DNA of 64,000 nt from Zootoca vivipara (GCF_963506605.1 NC_083294.1:1674001-1738000), one strand, 5' to 3'; shown: positions 36,649 to 49,833, numbered from the stretch's first letter. A program made the numbers and translations. The notes: a model not told the origin generated them from the sequence alone.

Positions 36649-37617
36649 TCACGCAGTTTATATTCCATCCTCCCCATCCCATGACCAGGCAGTGACAGAA
36701 GGAGAGGGGTTGAATAAGAACATCTCCTGAAGTAAGACAATGGCTAAGTTAGAGTAACTCTGACCAGACATTTCTGGGCACCAACAGAAAGTGCCTAGTT
36801 TGCTCAAAAACTTGAAGAAACAACAAGAGAATCAATCAATGCTGTTTTGAAAGGTTCCGTCTGCCATATTGGTTCAAAATGGTGTCTGTACAGTGAACAG
36901 ATTGCGAACCCTCCAAAATATATAGCAGACTAGCTGAAAGTACCCGGCATTGCTTAAGAATTCTAAGAAACAAACAAAAAACCATGAGCTTCATAAATGG
37001 ATAATGTAATCTGTTAGTTTCAAGCGCTGCACACACACAAAACCCCAACCTGGGGAACACCCAATCAGGATCCAGCCTCAAATCAATTCACTGGTGAAGC
37101 TAATAATTAATTGTGGCTTTTTAAAAAAAATAGCACACCTTTATTTTTCACTTTTCAAGCGCAACATACATAAAAGTACTCCCTCCTCTCCCCCGCCCCC
37201 TGAGTACAACAAGATTTATCTGAAGCTAGTGTTTATCATATCAGCAAAACCATTCCTCATTATTAGTTAAAGGTGTGTATCTGAGGGTTCTTCTGGGATG
37301 GCGGGGGGGGGGGGGTCCTAGCTCCACGATCGTTTTAGCAGTGTACAAAACGGAACCAAGTCAAGTAAAAAGTGCCTGGCCGTTTGCTATTCCTTTGTTC
37401 CCGGAGCTTATTTTACCCTAGAAGATTAGGTCCCATATTTGGGGTGGGGGTGGGGAAACACATTTCAGATAAGTTTGCGTTTGGGGCAAGTCCTAAATTT
37501 GTGGCAAGTCCTAAAACTGCATCATCATAAAGGGATTAAAAAATAATCTGTAGACACATAAGGATGTTTTTATTTGTAATAAGCTCAAAATCTTTTTTTT
37601 TTTTTTAAATCCCTTAC

Positions 37618-37673
37618 CTGGAAATGAGGTAGGTTTTAAATGCACTGATGATCACGGAAGAGTCATTCAATTG
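37618..37673 (-). CDS. PTGES2: PTGES2 coding exon 3
   Basis: QLNDSSVIISAFKTYLIS; 56 nt; gtaagg donor. Confidence 0.95.
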
Positions 37674-37768
37674 CTGGGGGGGGGGGGGCAGAGACAAAGC
37701 ACAGTGTTACACAAAAACTTGATCCATCCATGTAGATACCAAACCTACAAGAGGTTTTGTCTTCAGGG

Positions 37769-37968
37769 CAGAGCTTTCCAAACTGTGTGCCACAACATGT
37801 TAGTGTGTTGGCTGCAGTTTATAGATGTATCATGTGAACGCTCCCTGCGCTCCTCCCGGGGATGGAAAGAGGTTAATTGAATCTCCAGTTTGCTAGTGAA
37901 ATGGAATTACTGCGAAATGATGCATGTCTAAAAATGTGTCATCAACATGAAAAGTTTGGAAAGCTCTG
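37769..37968. mobile_element. hAT MITE
   Basis: TIR cagagctttccaaact; TSD cttcaggg/ctttaggg. Confidence 0.8.
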
Positions 37969-38061
37969 CTTTAGGGTTTTGATCCTGTATTTGAATGCAT
38001 TACATTGCTTTGGTAGACACCATGATAAAATCAGGTAGATGCAATAAAATTAATGAAAGCT

Positions 38062-38385
38062 TAAAGGTAAAGGGACCCCTGACCATTAGGTCCAGTCATG
38101 ACCGACTCTGGGGTTGTGGCGCTCTATAGGCCGAGGGGGCCGGCGTACAGCTTCCGGGTCATGTGGCCAGCATGACAAAGCCGCTTCTGGCAAACCAGAG
38201 CAGCGCACGGAAACGCCGTTTACCTTCCCCTATTTATCTACTTGCACTTTGACGTGCTTTCGAACCTCTAGGTGGGCAGGAGCTGGGACCGAGCAACGGG
38301 AGCTCACCCCGTCTCAGGGATTTGAACCGCTGACCTTCTGATCAGCAAGCCCTAGGCTCTGTGGTTTAACCCACAGCGCCACCTG
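38062..38385 (-). mobile_element. Sauria SINE
   Basis: Highly similar to 6704-7054. Confidence 0.88.
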
Positions 38386-38542
38386 GCGCTAACATGCTCC
38401 AAATAAAACAAGTCAGTTTTGTTCACTGGCACCTGACCAATTTATTGTTTTTAAAGGTGAATGAAGTTGTCACCAGACTTCCAAAGCGAAAGATCATGCG
38501 GGGGGAGGGGGGATATTGGTTAGCATGCTGGACTGGGACTTA

Positions 38543-38887
<345 letters not shown>

Positions 38888-40292
38888 TCACCCGTCAAGG
38901 GCATCACTAATCTGGCTAAAGAAATATCTCCCCCAAAAAGCAGTGTTTGTCACAGGCAGAAGAATAAGGCTACAAAAAGCTGCTTATTACAACAGCTGAA
39001 TGGAGCCCTCACGGCCAGTCTACCCTGAGTACCCTTGCTTTGGGTCTCTACTGAGGTGGGGGGTTTCCTGGCAGCACCTCCCAGGCCAACTGCTTATAAG
39101 GCAAGAGTGTTGCTGGATGGCAAGAGTTCTTTTTTTGAAATTTTTGAAATTGATTTTCATGACAACGCAGAAACAGGTAATAAGTTTTAAACTGCTGTTT
39201 TCAATGGCTCTGCTTTATTGGAATGGGGCATTCACTATTTCAAATGGTCCCCCCTCCTTTGTAAACAACCTTTAAATGGCAGCACAGAAATATTTTTTAA
39301 AATAATTTATTTATACATTTATTAGAATGGTATCAGTGATGCTGCTGTTGCTACCCACCTGAAATCAGTCTGCAAGGCTGCAGAAGTTCCAAACTCACCA
39401 GCTAAAGACCGTCAATAGGTTGGGTTAGCAATTAGCAACCTTTGCAGACCCTTATTTAGCCCAAACACCTTTCTCCACATATAACTGTATGGTGGTCGTT
39501 CTGCTCCTATGACCCACCTTAGACTGGGCTATATGACCCAGGCTCAATCCACAGTGGCAATTCCAGCCTGGGAATGTCTCCTGCTCTGAAACAGAGCCAT
39601 TGCTGCCGGCCACTGTGGACCAGGGATGTGGGACCTTTCACAGCCCAAGGACCACAATCCCATATGGGCAACTTTCTAAGGGCCATATGCCAGTTGCAGG
39701 CAGAGCTGTAGGCAAAAGTGGGTGGACCAATGAATGTAAATTTCACCCATATAAAGTAGAAGCTTCTACACACCCTCCCTTGCCTCTCTTTCTGTCCTCC
39801 GCCCAGAGAAGCAAGAGGCTTTTGGTACATATTATCAGTGCTTTTTTCCTTTAAAAATAATGTTTAGGGTTACTCTCTTTTTGACTCAAGAAAATCACCA
39901 TTTTATAGTTCAAATCGGGGGAAATAAATACAGTAGGTGGACAAAAATACAAAGATTCACAAAATGTTTAGGAGTCTGTGTACCCCCAGGAAAAAAGCAC
40001 TACATATTATACATTGCACTGCACTGCACTTTTTTGGCACCTGCGGCCAAGCTGGTGCCAAACGCATTGCCTGTCAGAGCAGACCACTCCAAGCCAGCTT
40101 CCTTTCTTCCTTTGTTACCAGCTGGAAGGGAGCTTCACAAAACTGCGGAGTCGTAAGGGGGTGGGTTCCCCAAGGGTCATCTAGTCCAACCCCCTGCCAT
40201 TCAGGAGCCGCAACTAAAGAGGCGCCGGCAGAAACGGGCATATGCAACCTTCCCTGGAGGAGAGCCCCGTTTTGCTTCCCTCCCCGCCTCAC

Positions 40293-40556
40293 CTTGGCTG
40301 CCTCTTGCTCGGCGAGATGCTGCTGGCCTTGGAAGCGGCTCTGGAGGGTCCGGTAAGCGCCAAAGGCGCCCCCAAGGGCAAAGGCTGCCCCCAGCAGAAG
40401 GGGTCTCCCTGTCCCGGGCCAGCCTCGCCCACAGCTGCCTGCACCGGAGGAGGCGATGCAACGGGCCCGGCCCCCGGCCCCCAGGGAGACCAGGAGACCC
40501 CTTCGCGCAAGCTGGCCCAAGCCCTTCAAGCTGCCGCTGCCGCAAGCTGCTGCCAT
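40293..40556 (-). CDS. PTGES2: PTGES2 coding exon 1
   Basis: MAAACGSG...LLLGAAFALGGAFGAYRTL...EQEAAK; basic presequence-like N-terminus plus hydrophobic anchor; gtgagg donor. Confidence 0.92.
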
Positions 40557-41398
40557 CTTCGCTCCCTGGGAAAGAAAAAGAGACGCGGGAGGGTCACGGA
40601 GTTTAAAAATAAAACAAAGGGGGATTTAAAGAGACAGGGCCCCCCCCTGCCAGATTTGCAAGATTTTTGAGGCTCCAGCCTGAATTGCACGTGGGCAACC
40701 CGACCCCCACACTGATTTTTTTTTAATCGCATTGCATCGCATCGCATGCGCTGCGCAGTAAGGTAACACATTTAGTTTATCGCTCACCTATTTCTCAACG
40801 TGGTTCTTCCCATCATTTGTTTATTTGTTTGTTTGTTTGTTATTTCTCTCCATTATTCATTCATATGCCCCCTAACGACAAAAGTCCTCTGCGTGGTTCA
40901 CAAGTTAACAAACTAAATTTTTTTAAAAAAAAATACAGAAAGGGATCTGCAAATATAATGCAGAAAAAGAAAATGACATTCGGCAGCAAGAGATATTTTT
41001 TAAAAGCGGTAAAAAAGGGGGAGAAGAAAACACGACTGAAAATGTCTTCAATCTTGAGGGAAATCAGGCTGTGAGAATCATTTTAAGGGGAATACTCCTC
41101 TCACTTGAGCCTGTCTAGGCTAGTTGCCCCTAATACAGGGGCACCAAGAAGGAAGTTGCACCGAATTCTATGGGGCATGCTCCCATGAAAGTGCGTGGGG
41201 AGGGGGGGATTGCAGCCCTGAGCCCTTCACTCCCAGATGCAGCGCCCACTGTGTGTGTGTTGGGGGGGGCGGGTGTCAGTTTCTCTCATTGCACTTAGTA
41301 GGGCTTAAGGTTATTTCACGCATGCTTTACTTGGAAAGAAAACTAAAGTGGGTATGAGTGGGTTGGTTATGATTATGATACTGGGAATAACTTATCCC

Positions 41399-41488
41399 CA
41401 TAGCTGTCAAGTTCTCCCTATTTTTAAGGGAAATTCCATTATGCTGAATAGGCTTCCTCGCGAGAAAAGGGGGAACTTGACAGATATG
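41399..41488. mobile_element. 90-bp hAT MITE, same family as 24927
   Basis: TIR catagctgtcaagtt; TSD cttatccc. Confidence 0.85.
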
Positions 41489-41739
41489 CTTATCCCGTGC
41501 ATTGCAAGAGCGTTTATGCAACCTGCAATAAAAATTGAAGCACAATCCAGCATGACAAAATACCCCCGCGCCCGCCGTCTTCTTTGCAAAAGGAGGAACT
41601 TCAGAAACACACAAAAAAGGCCTCCAGTTTGGGGATCTTTATGCATTTTGTGGGGCAGCTTTCAATTACGAAGACAGTTTCTCGCCCTTCCGATCTTCGC
41701 CAGGTGCCCACCCTCTCCATAACCATACAATTTAAGCAG

Positions 41740-41860
41740 CAGAAGGGGCGTGGTTTGTCTAAGTCACAGGCTTTGACCTTTCCTCCCCTCCGTCATCAAC
41801 CTCCACGCCGGGAGCGACCCACGTGGTGGCGTAGGACTACAACTCCCATCATGCACGCTG
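41740..41860. promoter_or_regulatory. Promoter-like cluster between PTGES2 and BBLN
   Basis: GC box ggggcgtgg ~41745, E-box CACGTG 41820-41825, ZNF143/Staf-type GGACTACAACTCCCATCATGC 41834-41854. Confidence 0.55.
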
Positions 41861-42049
41861 GCTGAGGCTGATGGGAGTTAAGAGTCCAACATCAGGAGGG
41901 CGCCTAATTGATTCCTCAATGTTTGCAGGGACCGTCTATTCGTTTGCATCTGTCAATTCAGATGCAATTAGGGTGATCAGATTTTTTTCAGTTGAAGGCG
42001 CAGGAAATGAGGCTGGCAGCTCCCCCTAGAAATTGCTTCCTGATTGGTT

Positions 42050-42545
42050 CAAAATTGGGAAAGGAGTACTGTATGACAAGGTTTTATATTGTCTCCCTGC
42101 TTATTTAACTTATATGCAGAATTCATCATGCGAAAGGCTGGACTAGATGAATCCCAAACCGGAATTAAGATTGCCGGAAGAAATATCAGGTATGCAGATG
42201 ACACAACTTTGATGGCAGAAAGCGAGGAGGAATTAAAGAACCTTTTAATGAGGGTGAAACAGGAGAGCGCAAAATATGGTCTGAAGCTCAACATCAAAAA
42301 AACCAAGATCATGGCCACTGGTCCCATCACCTCCTGGCAAACAGAAGGGGAAGAAATGGAGGCGGTGAGAGATTTGACTTTCTTGGGCTCCTTGATCACT
42401 GCAGATAGTGACAACAGTCAGAAATTAAAAGACGCCTGCTTCTTGGGAGAAAAGCAATGACAAACCTAGACAGCATCTTAGCCTGGCGTGCTATGGTCCA
42501 TGGGGTCACGAAGAGTCGGACACGACTAAACGACTAAACACACAC
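42050..42545 (+). mobile_element. BovB (RTE) LINE fragment, internally deleted
   Basis: SPCLFNLYAEFIMRKAGL...RYADDTTLMAESEEELK joined to the 3' end ccatggggtcacgaagagtcggacacgact. Confidence 0.9.
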
Positions 42546-42829
42546 AGTTTTAAATTTCTGCAAACTATTCTTTGGATTGCTGTTCCATCATTCAGTTGCT
42601 GTGAGCATATGCAAACAAACTTTGTATTTCTGTGCAGCAGCGTTTGTATTTTTGAAAATGAAAACCGATAAAAATTAAATTGTTGGTGGGGGACGCAAGG
42701 ACGTGAAACCAGTTTCAAATCCAATATAGATCTGAAAGTGGATGAAATACGTACCATCCGACACACACGCGCACACTATTTACTATTTACTTTTACACTT
42801 GGAGGGTTTACTTCCTTTTTGACAGCTCG

Positions 42830-43043
42830 GTTCTCCTTCTCCCGCGCTCCGTCAAGGCTGAAAAGCCGTGGGCTAGCGGGCTCAATTGAAGCAGTGAGCG
42901 TGGGAAAAAGGGGGCGTGACTCGCCCCTTTGCAACGGCGTCTCCGCGCGTTCCATCCGGGAAGTAAGGGGCGGGGCTTAACCCCTTACACACCCACCCGC
43001 TTTGCAAACCTGGGAGGCGATTTCCGAGCTCGCCTGGGCAGCA
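42830..43043 (+). promoter_or_regulatory. BBLN CpG-rich promoter
   Basis: CpG-rich; GC boxes ~42911 and 42967-42975; ETS-like CGGGAAGT ~42957-42964 just upstream of the ATG. Confidence 0.7.
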
Positions 43044-43140
43044 ATGTCAGGCCCCAATGGAGAGCCGCACCTGAGCCTGGGGAGGGGCGAGGAAGAGGAG
43101 CGGGAGGACGGCGAGGAGCACAATGGCTTCGGGGAGGCAG
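43044..43140 (+). CDS. BBLN: BBLN (C9orf16, bublin) coding exon 1
   Basis: MSGPNGEPHLSLGRGEEEEREDGEEHNGFGEA; MSGPNG and GFGEA are conserved with the human protein; gtaac donor at 43141. Confidence 0.93.
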
Positions 43141-43570
43141 GTAACACTGGCAAGCCTTCCAAAAGCAGCAGCGTCCACCCCCCACCCCCCTGCGATGTCC
43201 CTTTTTCAGCAGAGCCCTCCACCGCAGAGATCGCTGGCTGGGTTTGAAAGCGCAGTTTTTAAGCCTTCAGTCATATCGGTGCGGCATCCTACATGCACTT
43301 ACCTGGGATCAAACCCTCCTGGCCCTCGCAAACGTCAGTTCTACCCTAGTGCAGCAGCAGGCTGGTTTTCACGCACTCAGGCGAGCAAGGGTCGTCGTCA
43401 GAGTTCAAGGACACGTTCCAGCCAAGAAAAAAAATGCTCAAGGAGCTGGTGAAGCGGGGTTCTCGAGGGGTGCGACCCAGGGAGAAGGGGGTGCGGCTGG
43501 GGAGGGTCCTGATGGTCAGGTAGAGAGACTGCATTTGGCCCCTGGTACAGAGCACGTAGGGATTGCAGCA

Positions 43571-44183
43571 TCTATATACAGTATATAAAAATGTAAACTG
43601 GGTATGTGGGTTATTATCCACTTTTCTCCGAAACCGCTTCACCGATTGTGTTCAAATTTGAACACAACGTCCAAAGCGAATGTCCAAAGGCTTTCAATAA
43701 GGTTTTCAAAGACAGATGCCACACCTCCGCCAGGTGACCCCCCCAAAAAAACCTCTGTTCCAAAACACACCTCTCAGCCGAAAGTGCATGCTGGGAAAAG
43801 GACCAGGTTGCAAACCAGCACCCTCTAACGGCGGCTACACTGGTACTACACCTATAGAACCTTCCCTCTCAACAGCACTCGGCTGCTATTTACATACTAG
43901 GCCGAAGCCTTTACAGACTAGGCCAAAGGGAGGTACTGACTCGCCTGGGTGGGGGTTGGGGGGAGGAGGGGACGGGATAGGTCAGGACGCGGTGGGGCCA
44001 ATCACAGGAATGACCCGGGGTGGGGGGAAGAGGGGGCATGATACGTCATGGGACGGGTCAGTTTGGGGGGAATCACAGGGAAAAGCTGGCGTGGGGGGGA
44101 GGTGGCGGGATACATCATGGATCGACACAGGGTGGTGGCAGTCACAGGGATTAGCCACAGCAATGCGTGGCAGGGCCAGCTAG
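43571..44183 (+). mobile_element. Non-autonomous Helitron in the BBLN intron
   Basis: Inserted between A (43570) and T (44184); 5' TC; 3' hairpin gccacagcaatgcgtggc followed by CTAG; no TSD. Confidence 0.85.
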
Positions 44184-44369
44184 TTAGGATTTGAGCCTCG
44201 CTGAGTAACCTGTAGGAACTGTGCCTTTACCATGCAAGTACAGACTCCCCATAGTCTAGCTTTCTTCAATATTAAATAACAATAATCCCTGCCTGTAGAA
44301 AACTAGAATGTCCAGGAAACAAATCTGGAACCATTCTTCCCGATTTCTAGGCTTCGTTATTCGTTTTAG

Positions 44370-45050
44370 TTATTCCCAGAGTGCCTTCCATCAGCTTCAG
44401 CTGGTGACCCAGCTGCTCCCCTATCTGAACAAGGATAGCCTAACTTCTGTTGTCTGTGCTCTGGTAACTTCTAGGTCAGTGTTATACATGGGGCTGCCTC
44501 TGTGGGGCAACCTCTGAAGACAGTTCAGAAACTTCAGAAATCTGGTGCAGAATTTGACAGCTACATTGCTCAAGGGGCAAGGCGGTTGCACATATTACGT
44601 ACACTGATCCTGGCCCAGCTGAACTAGCTGTCAATTGGTTTCCAGGTCCAATTCAAAGTGCTGGTTTTGACCTATGAAGCCTTAAATGGCTCAGAACCAC
44701 AATACCTCCAGGACTGCCTCTCCTAATAGCAAGTCTCAGACCCTGCAACCATCCTCTGAGGCCCTTCTTTGTGTGCTTCCTCCACAAGAGGTCCAGAGGG
44801 TGGCAACATGAGAATTTTCTGCAGTGGCTTCCCATTTGTGGGATGCTCTACCCAGGGAGGCTCACCTGGAACCTTCATTGCATACCTTTAAGCACCAGGT
44901 GAAAACATACCTCCTCTACCAGGCCTATGGCTAAACAATCTATGGACTGGGGGGGGTATTGTTTTGTTTGCTACTAGGCTATGTATTTCTGTGTTTTTAT
45001 ATTGTAAACTGTCCTGTGATCCTCATATGAAGTTTAAAAAATAAATAATA
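44370..45050 (+). mobile_element. L2 3' fragment
   Basis: Parallels 28440-29760 (caattcaaagtgctggttttgacctat). Confidence 0.75.
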
Positions 45051-45127
45051 GTCTAGCCAAACTATGTCCGGGCAGGGGCTCTTCAGACTGACAGGGTGGG
45101 GGACTCCTATTGTTGAAGGGTTTACTT

Positions 45128-45233
45128 CAGGCACCCCGAAACTGCGGCCCTCCAGATGTTTTGGCCTTCAACTCCCATGATCCCTGGAATTGTCGTCCAA
45201 AACATCTGGAGGGCCAAAGTTTGGGGATGCCTG
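45128..45233. mobile_element. hAT MITE (20707 family, internally deleted)
   Basis: TSD gtttactt. Confidence 0.85.
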
Positions 45234-45933
45234 GTTTACTTCATGCAACTCTATCAAATCCCTGCAGATGGAAAGATATAGCATCAGGGGAAAGTCTTAG
45301 CTTGACTGTTCTCATTCTTAGAGCAGCAAATGTGTGCACGTTTGGAGGACAAGTCTAACTCTGGGTACAATCCTATACCTATTTACCATTGGCTGTGGCT
45401 CTTATAGCTGAAGTCCCCAGAGGCAGTTTGATTGATTTAAATTATTTAAATCATTTAAAGTCTCTGCCTGGTAACAGGGCAGATTTAAACTTTAGAATAA
45501 TGTCCCATACAAGTACAGGTGCAGTTTGCTGCAAGTAGTTTAAAACTGTCCCCCCCCCCCATGTGCACATTTTTGTCGATTTGATCTATTCAGTTAAATC
45601 CCATGGTTGAATCTTCTATGCCTGCCTGCCTGACAACCTGTTTCAACCTTGCACCGGCCCTGCACACTGTTTCTCCAGTGGATTCTGTGGCCTCCCAAGT
45701 GTTGGACTCCCATTGGGATGATGTTGAGGTCCAGCAGAATTAAGAGGGAAATGGCATCCCCACCCCTGAATTAGTGGCTCTGTGGTTGATATGGACCTTG
45801 AACCCAGGTCTTATTCTGTTTGTAGGTAACACTGGCTACTGACTTAAATTTTACACTGTCAATTCATGCTAGGACAAAAGGCCTGATTTTTGTACCCAGG
45901 TCATCTTATTCCCCCCCCCCTTTTCCCAACCAG

Positions 45934-46130
45934 AATATGCAGCTATAAATTCTATGCTGGACCAGATCAACTCTTGTTTGGATCACCTGGAGGAGAAGAA
46001 CGACCACCTGCACGCCCGCTTGAAGGAGCTTTTGGAATCCAACCGTCAGACACGCCTGGAGTTTCAGCAGCAGCTGAGCGAAGGCGAGGACGGGGAGAAT
46101 GACACGCAGAGACCCGAACCAGACACTTAA
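45934..46130 (+). CDS. BBLN: BBLN coding exon 2
   Basis: EYAAINSMLDQINSCLDHLEEKNDHLHARLKELLESNRQTRLEFQQQL...DT*; polypyrimidine tract + cag acceptor; total 97 aa. Confidence 0.96.
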
Positions 46131-49100
46131 TGCCCACCTACCTTCTGTGGGATAAAAGGAGGTGTGGGCACATAGTTGCTGCTACCAGTGGGACCTCCCC
46201 TTCACCATGGGGTTAGTGTTTGAGTAGAAAAGGTACTTTTGGTTCGTGTGTTTGTTTCAAATATCTCCTACCTGCTCTCCTCTCCTCCGGAGTTGTGGTT
46301 ATGGCTGTTTAGGTTGTTAAGCTCTCAAGGAAACGGGCCCTGCTTGTTTGTGAAGGGTAGAGGGCAGGAGCTGGATAGGTCTAAGCTGAATCACACGTCA
46401 GGATTTATGTTGAGCCGTGTCCTTTCTGGATGAGTTTACCATGGCAAGAATTGGAAGGCTCTTGAGAAAAATCTGATTCCCAAGGTTGCTAGCCCCTAGT
46501 TCTGTCTGCCTAGATGTAGTTCCATGATTAGACATGAAACAAGTCTCCTTAGTTTTGACAGAAATTGTTGGTTATTAGCAGGGGCGTCTTACGCATACCC
46601 GGTGCCGTGGTGCAAAGATCCCTCTGGCGCCCGCCCCCACCCCCCATTTCCAGCCCTTAGAACAAAATACAATGAAAAGGCAGAAGAAAATCTAATGAAG
46701 TCCTCAATTCCAAAGCAAGACTCATTCAAGACTCAGCAGTTCTTCTAATTCATCCTCATGATTCAAATAACCACATCAAAAAGTTAAAGCAATCGCCAGT
46801 TTGTTGTTTTTTAAATAAATTGATAAAGACACAAGAGAATGAATTCCCGGCCAATTTGTGTTTAAGTACAAAGCTCACATTTTCAAATATTGTGGAGTGG
46901 GGGTGGGTTTAAAGCAGTGACACCCTGAACCAGCCAGCATGGAGAGTGCCCAGGAAAAATGGGAATTACAAGAGTCCTGCAACATCTGCCACACTGCAGG
47001 TTCCCCATCACAAAGGTAGAGCAACTGATCCAATTTAGAATTTTAACTGCATGGCTCATGGTCCTTTATTTCCATTATTTAATATTAACCTGTGTACTCC
47101 TTGTACAACTTAACTGTCAATTAAACAAACAATTAAATGATCCTATTTATCTACCCCGTTACAAAATTTCTTATTACCTAGTAGTACTAACATGCTACTT
47201 CAACCAAGGTCCACCTAAGCCTTAGTGTCATGGCCTCAGACCTCTGCAGCTCTGAAGAGGACATGGATCCACATTCTGGTCCTTCTCTTGTGGATCTACA
47301 GCCTGCCTCTCCTAAATCCAAAGGAGAAACCTCTGCCACCAAGCTCAGGCTAGTCCTCAGACTACTTTGAGGTGATCAGGAAAGCCCAGAGAGATCCCCC
47401 AAGCTGGGAACCCCATTACCATGAAGAATCCAACACTTACAGGTAGTACTGGCCAGAAGGTGGTCAATAAGGCTGCAGTGAAGGACAACCCAGCCCTGCT
47501 ATGAAGTCCATCCAGTTGCTCCAGAAATTTGCTGAAGCAGTTTAGATGTTTTGTCTAGTCATCCAGAATGACTGTTTTCCCCTTGCTGGGCCTTCGCCCT
47601 TCCTTGGGGATGGGCACCGCTGTGGCCCAAAACACCCGGTGTTCTTTGCAATAATCCTAGAAGAATCTAAGCAGTCCTCCAGAACTTGGGCTATGGCCCA
47701 CAGCTAGATAGCCATGCACCTTCTGCAACGGGGTGAACTCTGCAGTAAGTGTGTTTAGGACCAGTCTTCCTCAGCTGAACAATGGTCTTGACATGTTTGT
47801 AATCTTCTGAAGCTGTACTAAATGAATCCACTGTTTACCAAAATGGTTAATTTTTTTAAAAAACAAAAAAAGATAAGTATGGAGTATATTGCATCTGGCC
47901 TCCATTTGTTGTTTGTCTTTTATTCTCCCCCCCCCCGGCAATCTTGGGTGGCACACTCCTGATTTAGTGATTTGTGTAAAAGCATTGCCTGCTTTTCTCT
48001 AGTAATTCCTGGTTGTGGCTCAAGAGGAGGAATATGAGGAACTTGAAGCCCCCTCTCCAGCTGCTCCCACTAGCGCCCCAGCCAGGAATGGTGGGGGTTA
48101 TAGTGTAGCAACAACTGGAGGGACACAGCTTCCTCATCCTTGCTTTACAAAGAAGCCAGTGCCTGTGGATGACCAGTGTTTTTCTAACTTGAATCTCCAG
48201 CTGTTGTTGGACCACAATTCCCATTATCCCCAGTGAGCAGGACCAGTGGTCAGGGATGATGGGAGCTGAGGTCCAACAACCGATGGGAGAGACATGGTAT
48301 TACCAGTGTTTCCCTATCCCAATGGGATTGGACTCTTCAGTCATTGCACTTGGGGATGATGTCAATTACCCTTTTAAGCCTGCGAAATTTCTAATTACCA
48401 TTGTAATCTCACAATAAGAGCTCAGAGACCAATTTTACTCTGAATAACCTCCAACGTTTCTAAAGATGCAACTTTTAATAAATCAAGAGTGATTATGGAA
48501 AAAGTCTCTGGGTGTTCTGTTTGGATCTTTTGCCCAATGTAGGGCTCGAACTTGCAATCCGAGATATCCTGAGTTGCTTCTATGAACATAGGTTTAAAAT
48601 GCAAGTGTCAGTTACATCTGAGATCAGAGAAAGGGAGCATGTGACACACCAGGTTCTATTGAGAGCTGGAGTCCCATCAGCCCGAACAGCCAATAATCTG
48701 GGGTGTTGGAATCCAATTAACAAATGGGAGGGCCACATATTCCTCAAACACCCAGCTTTTCCCCACACTGTACTTGCAAAAAATGCAAAGTATATTAGTG
48801 GCTCTATTAAAAAGCAGGAAGATGAGGTGGAAGATCATAGGCTGGATGCTTTAAATGACTTGAGGAGGAATTCTCTACACCAGCCTTTCTCAACCTTGGG
48901 TCTCCAGCTGTTGTTGGATCGCAACTCCCACCATCCCTAGCAAGCAGTCACAGTAGTCAAGGATGGAGGGAGTTGTAGTCCAAGTTTGAGAAAGGCTGTT
49001 CTGCAGAGTGCTTTTCCTGGTCCAGTGGGTTCAAGAATTGCCATGAAGAGCAAGGCTCACAGTAATCCTGCTAGCAAATGGACATGCAAAGCCATGGATT

Positions 49101-49575
49101 CACCCCACCCTTAAATTCTTCAGAACAAAAACAGCCAACAAAACTACAGCATACTTTTATTTCTCTAAAAGGAGATGACGAGGGGTGAAAAGATGGGGGG
49201 GGGACAGAAAAGGAATAAGGCTTTTCCAGGAAAAGAAAAAATTAAACGAAGGGAAAGCTCCCCCTCCCACCAAACAGGCAGCTTAATCTGGCCCTCTACT
49301 TAGCCAACCGGCTGTGATGAAAAGAGGGCTCCCCTTGGGGCTGGGAGGGGGGATCCGCTTCATTTCCCTGGCCTCAGCCTTTTGCAGATGCACCTGCTCC
49401 AACATCTGCCGAGACCCTCCCTACAACCGTGGAACTCTTCCACCTTCACAGGAAGTCCTGATCCTTCCCCTACAGCAGCAGCAGCGGCCTCTCCCCCCAA
49501 GGAGCTATTGCTAGCAGCCGGGAGGTGGCCCTTGCACCTCCTCCCTCCTACGTGATGGGCAGGGCTCCACACACC

Positions 49576-49833
49576 TCATCTATTACAACTGTGCCTCTGC
49601 GCTGCGGCGGAAGTCTCCTCTCTTGAAGACTGACATGCTTCCATTAACACCGTGATTTGCTTTCCTACACTAGGAGCCTCTGTTTTACCATCCATCTTGT
49701 CAATGGCGGCAGTGGTAGCAGCAGCAGCAGCAGCAGCAGGAGGAGGAGCCTGCAGGTCACTCAGCCCCTGCTGGGGATAGATGGATGTGTCCACAAATGC
49801 AGTAGCAGGCTGGAGTTTCATGGCTTTGTACCG
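49576..49833 (-). CDS. CIZ1: CIZ1 last coding exon
   Basis: RYKAMK... (human KYKAAK) with a poly-Ala tract, ending HSCNR*; AATAAA at 49161-49156. Confidence 0.8.
   Translation of the reverse strand, partial: RYKAMKLQPATAFVDTSIYPQQGLSDLQAPPPAAAAAAATTAAIDKMDGKTEAPSVGKQITVLMEACQSSREETSAAAQRHSCNR

Noticed and set aside
40600-43000. LCN2 or another lipocalin gene expected from human synteny
   Set aside because: No signal-peptide or GxW lipocalin exons seen; the interval is promoter sequence, a MITE and BovB
47226-48240. Acidic exon-like stretches between BBLN and CIZ1
   Set aside because: Short, no recognisable homology and no consistent splice sites; probably UTR or decayed repeat
49576-49578. 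Selenocysteine recoding of the CIZ1 TGA
   Set aside because: CIZ1 is not a known selenoprotein and I could not identify a SECIS element by eye
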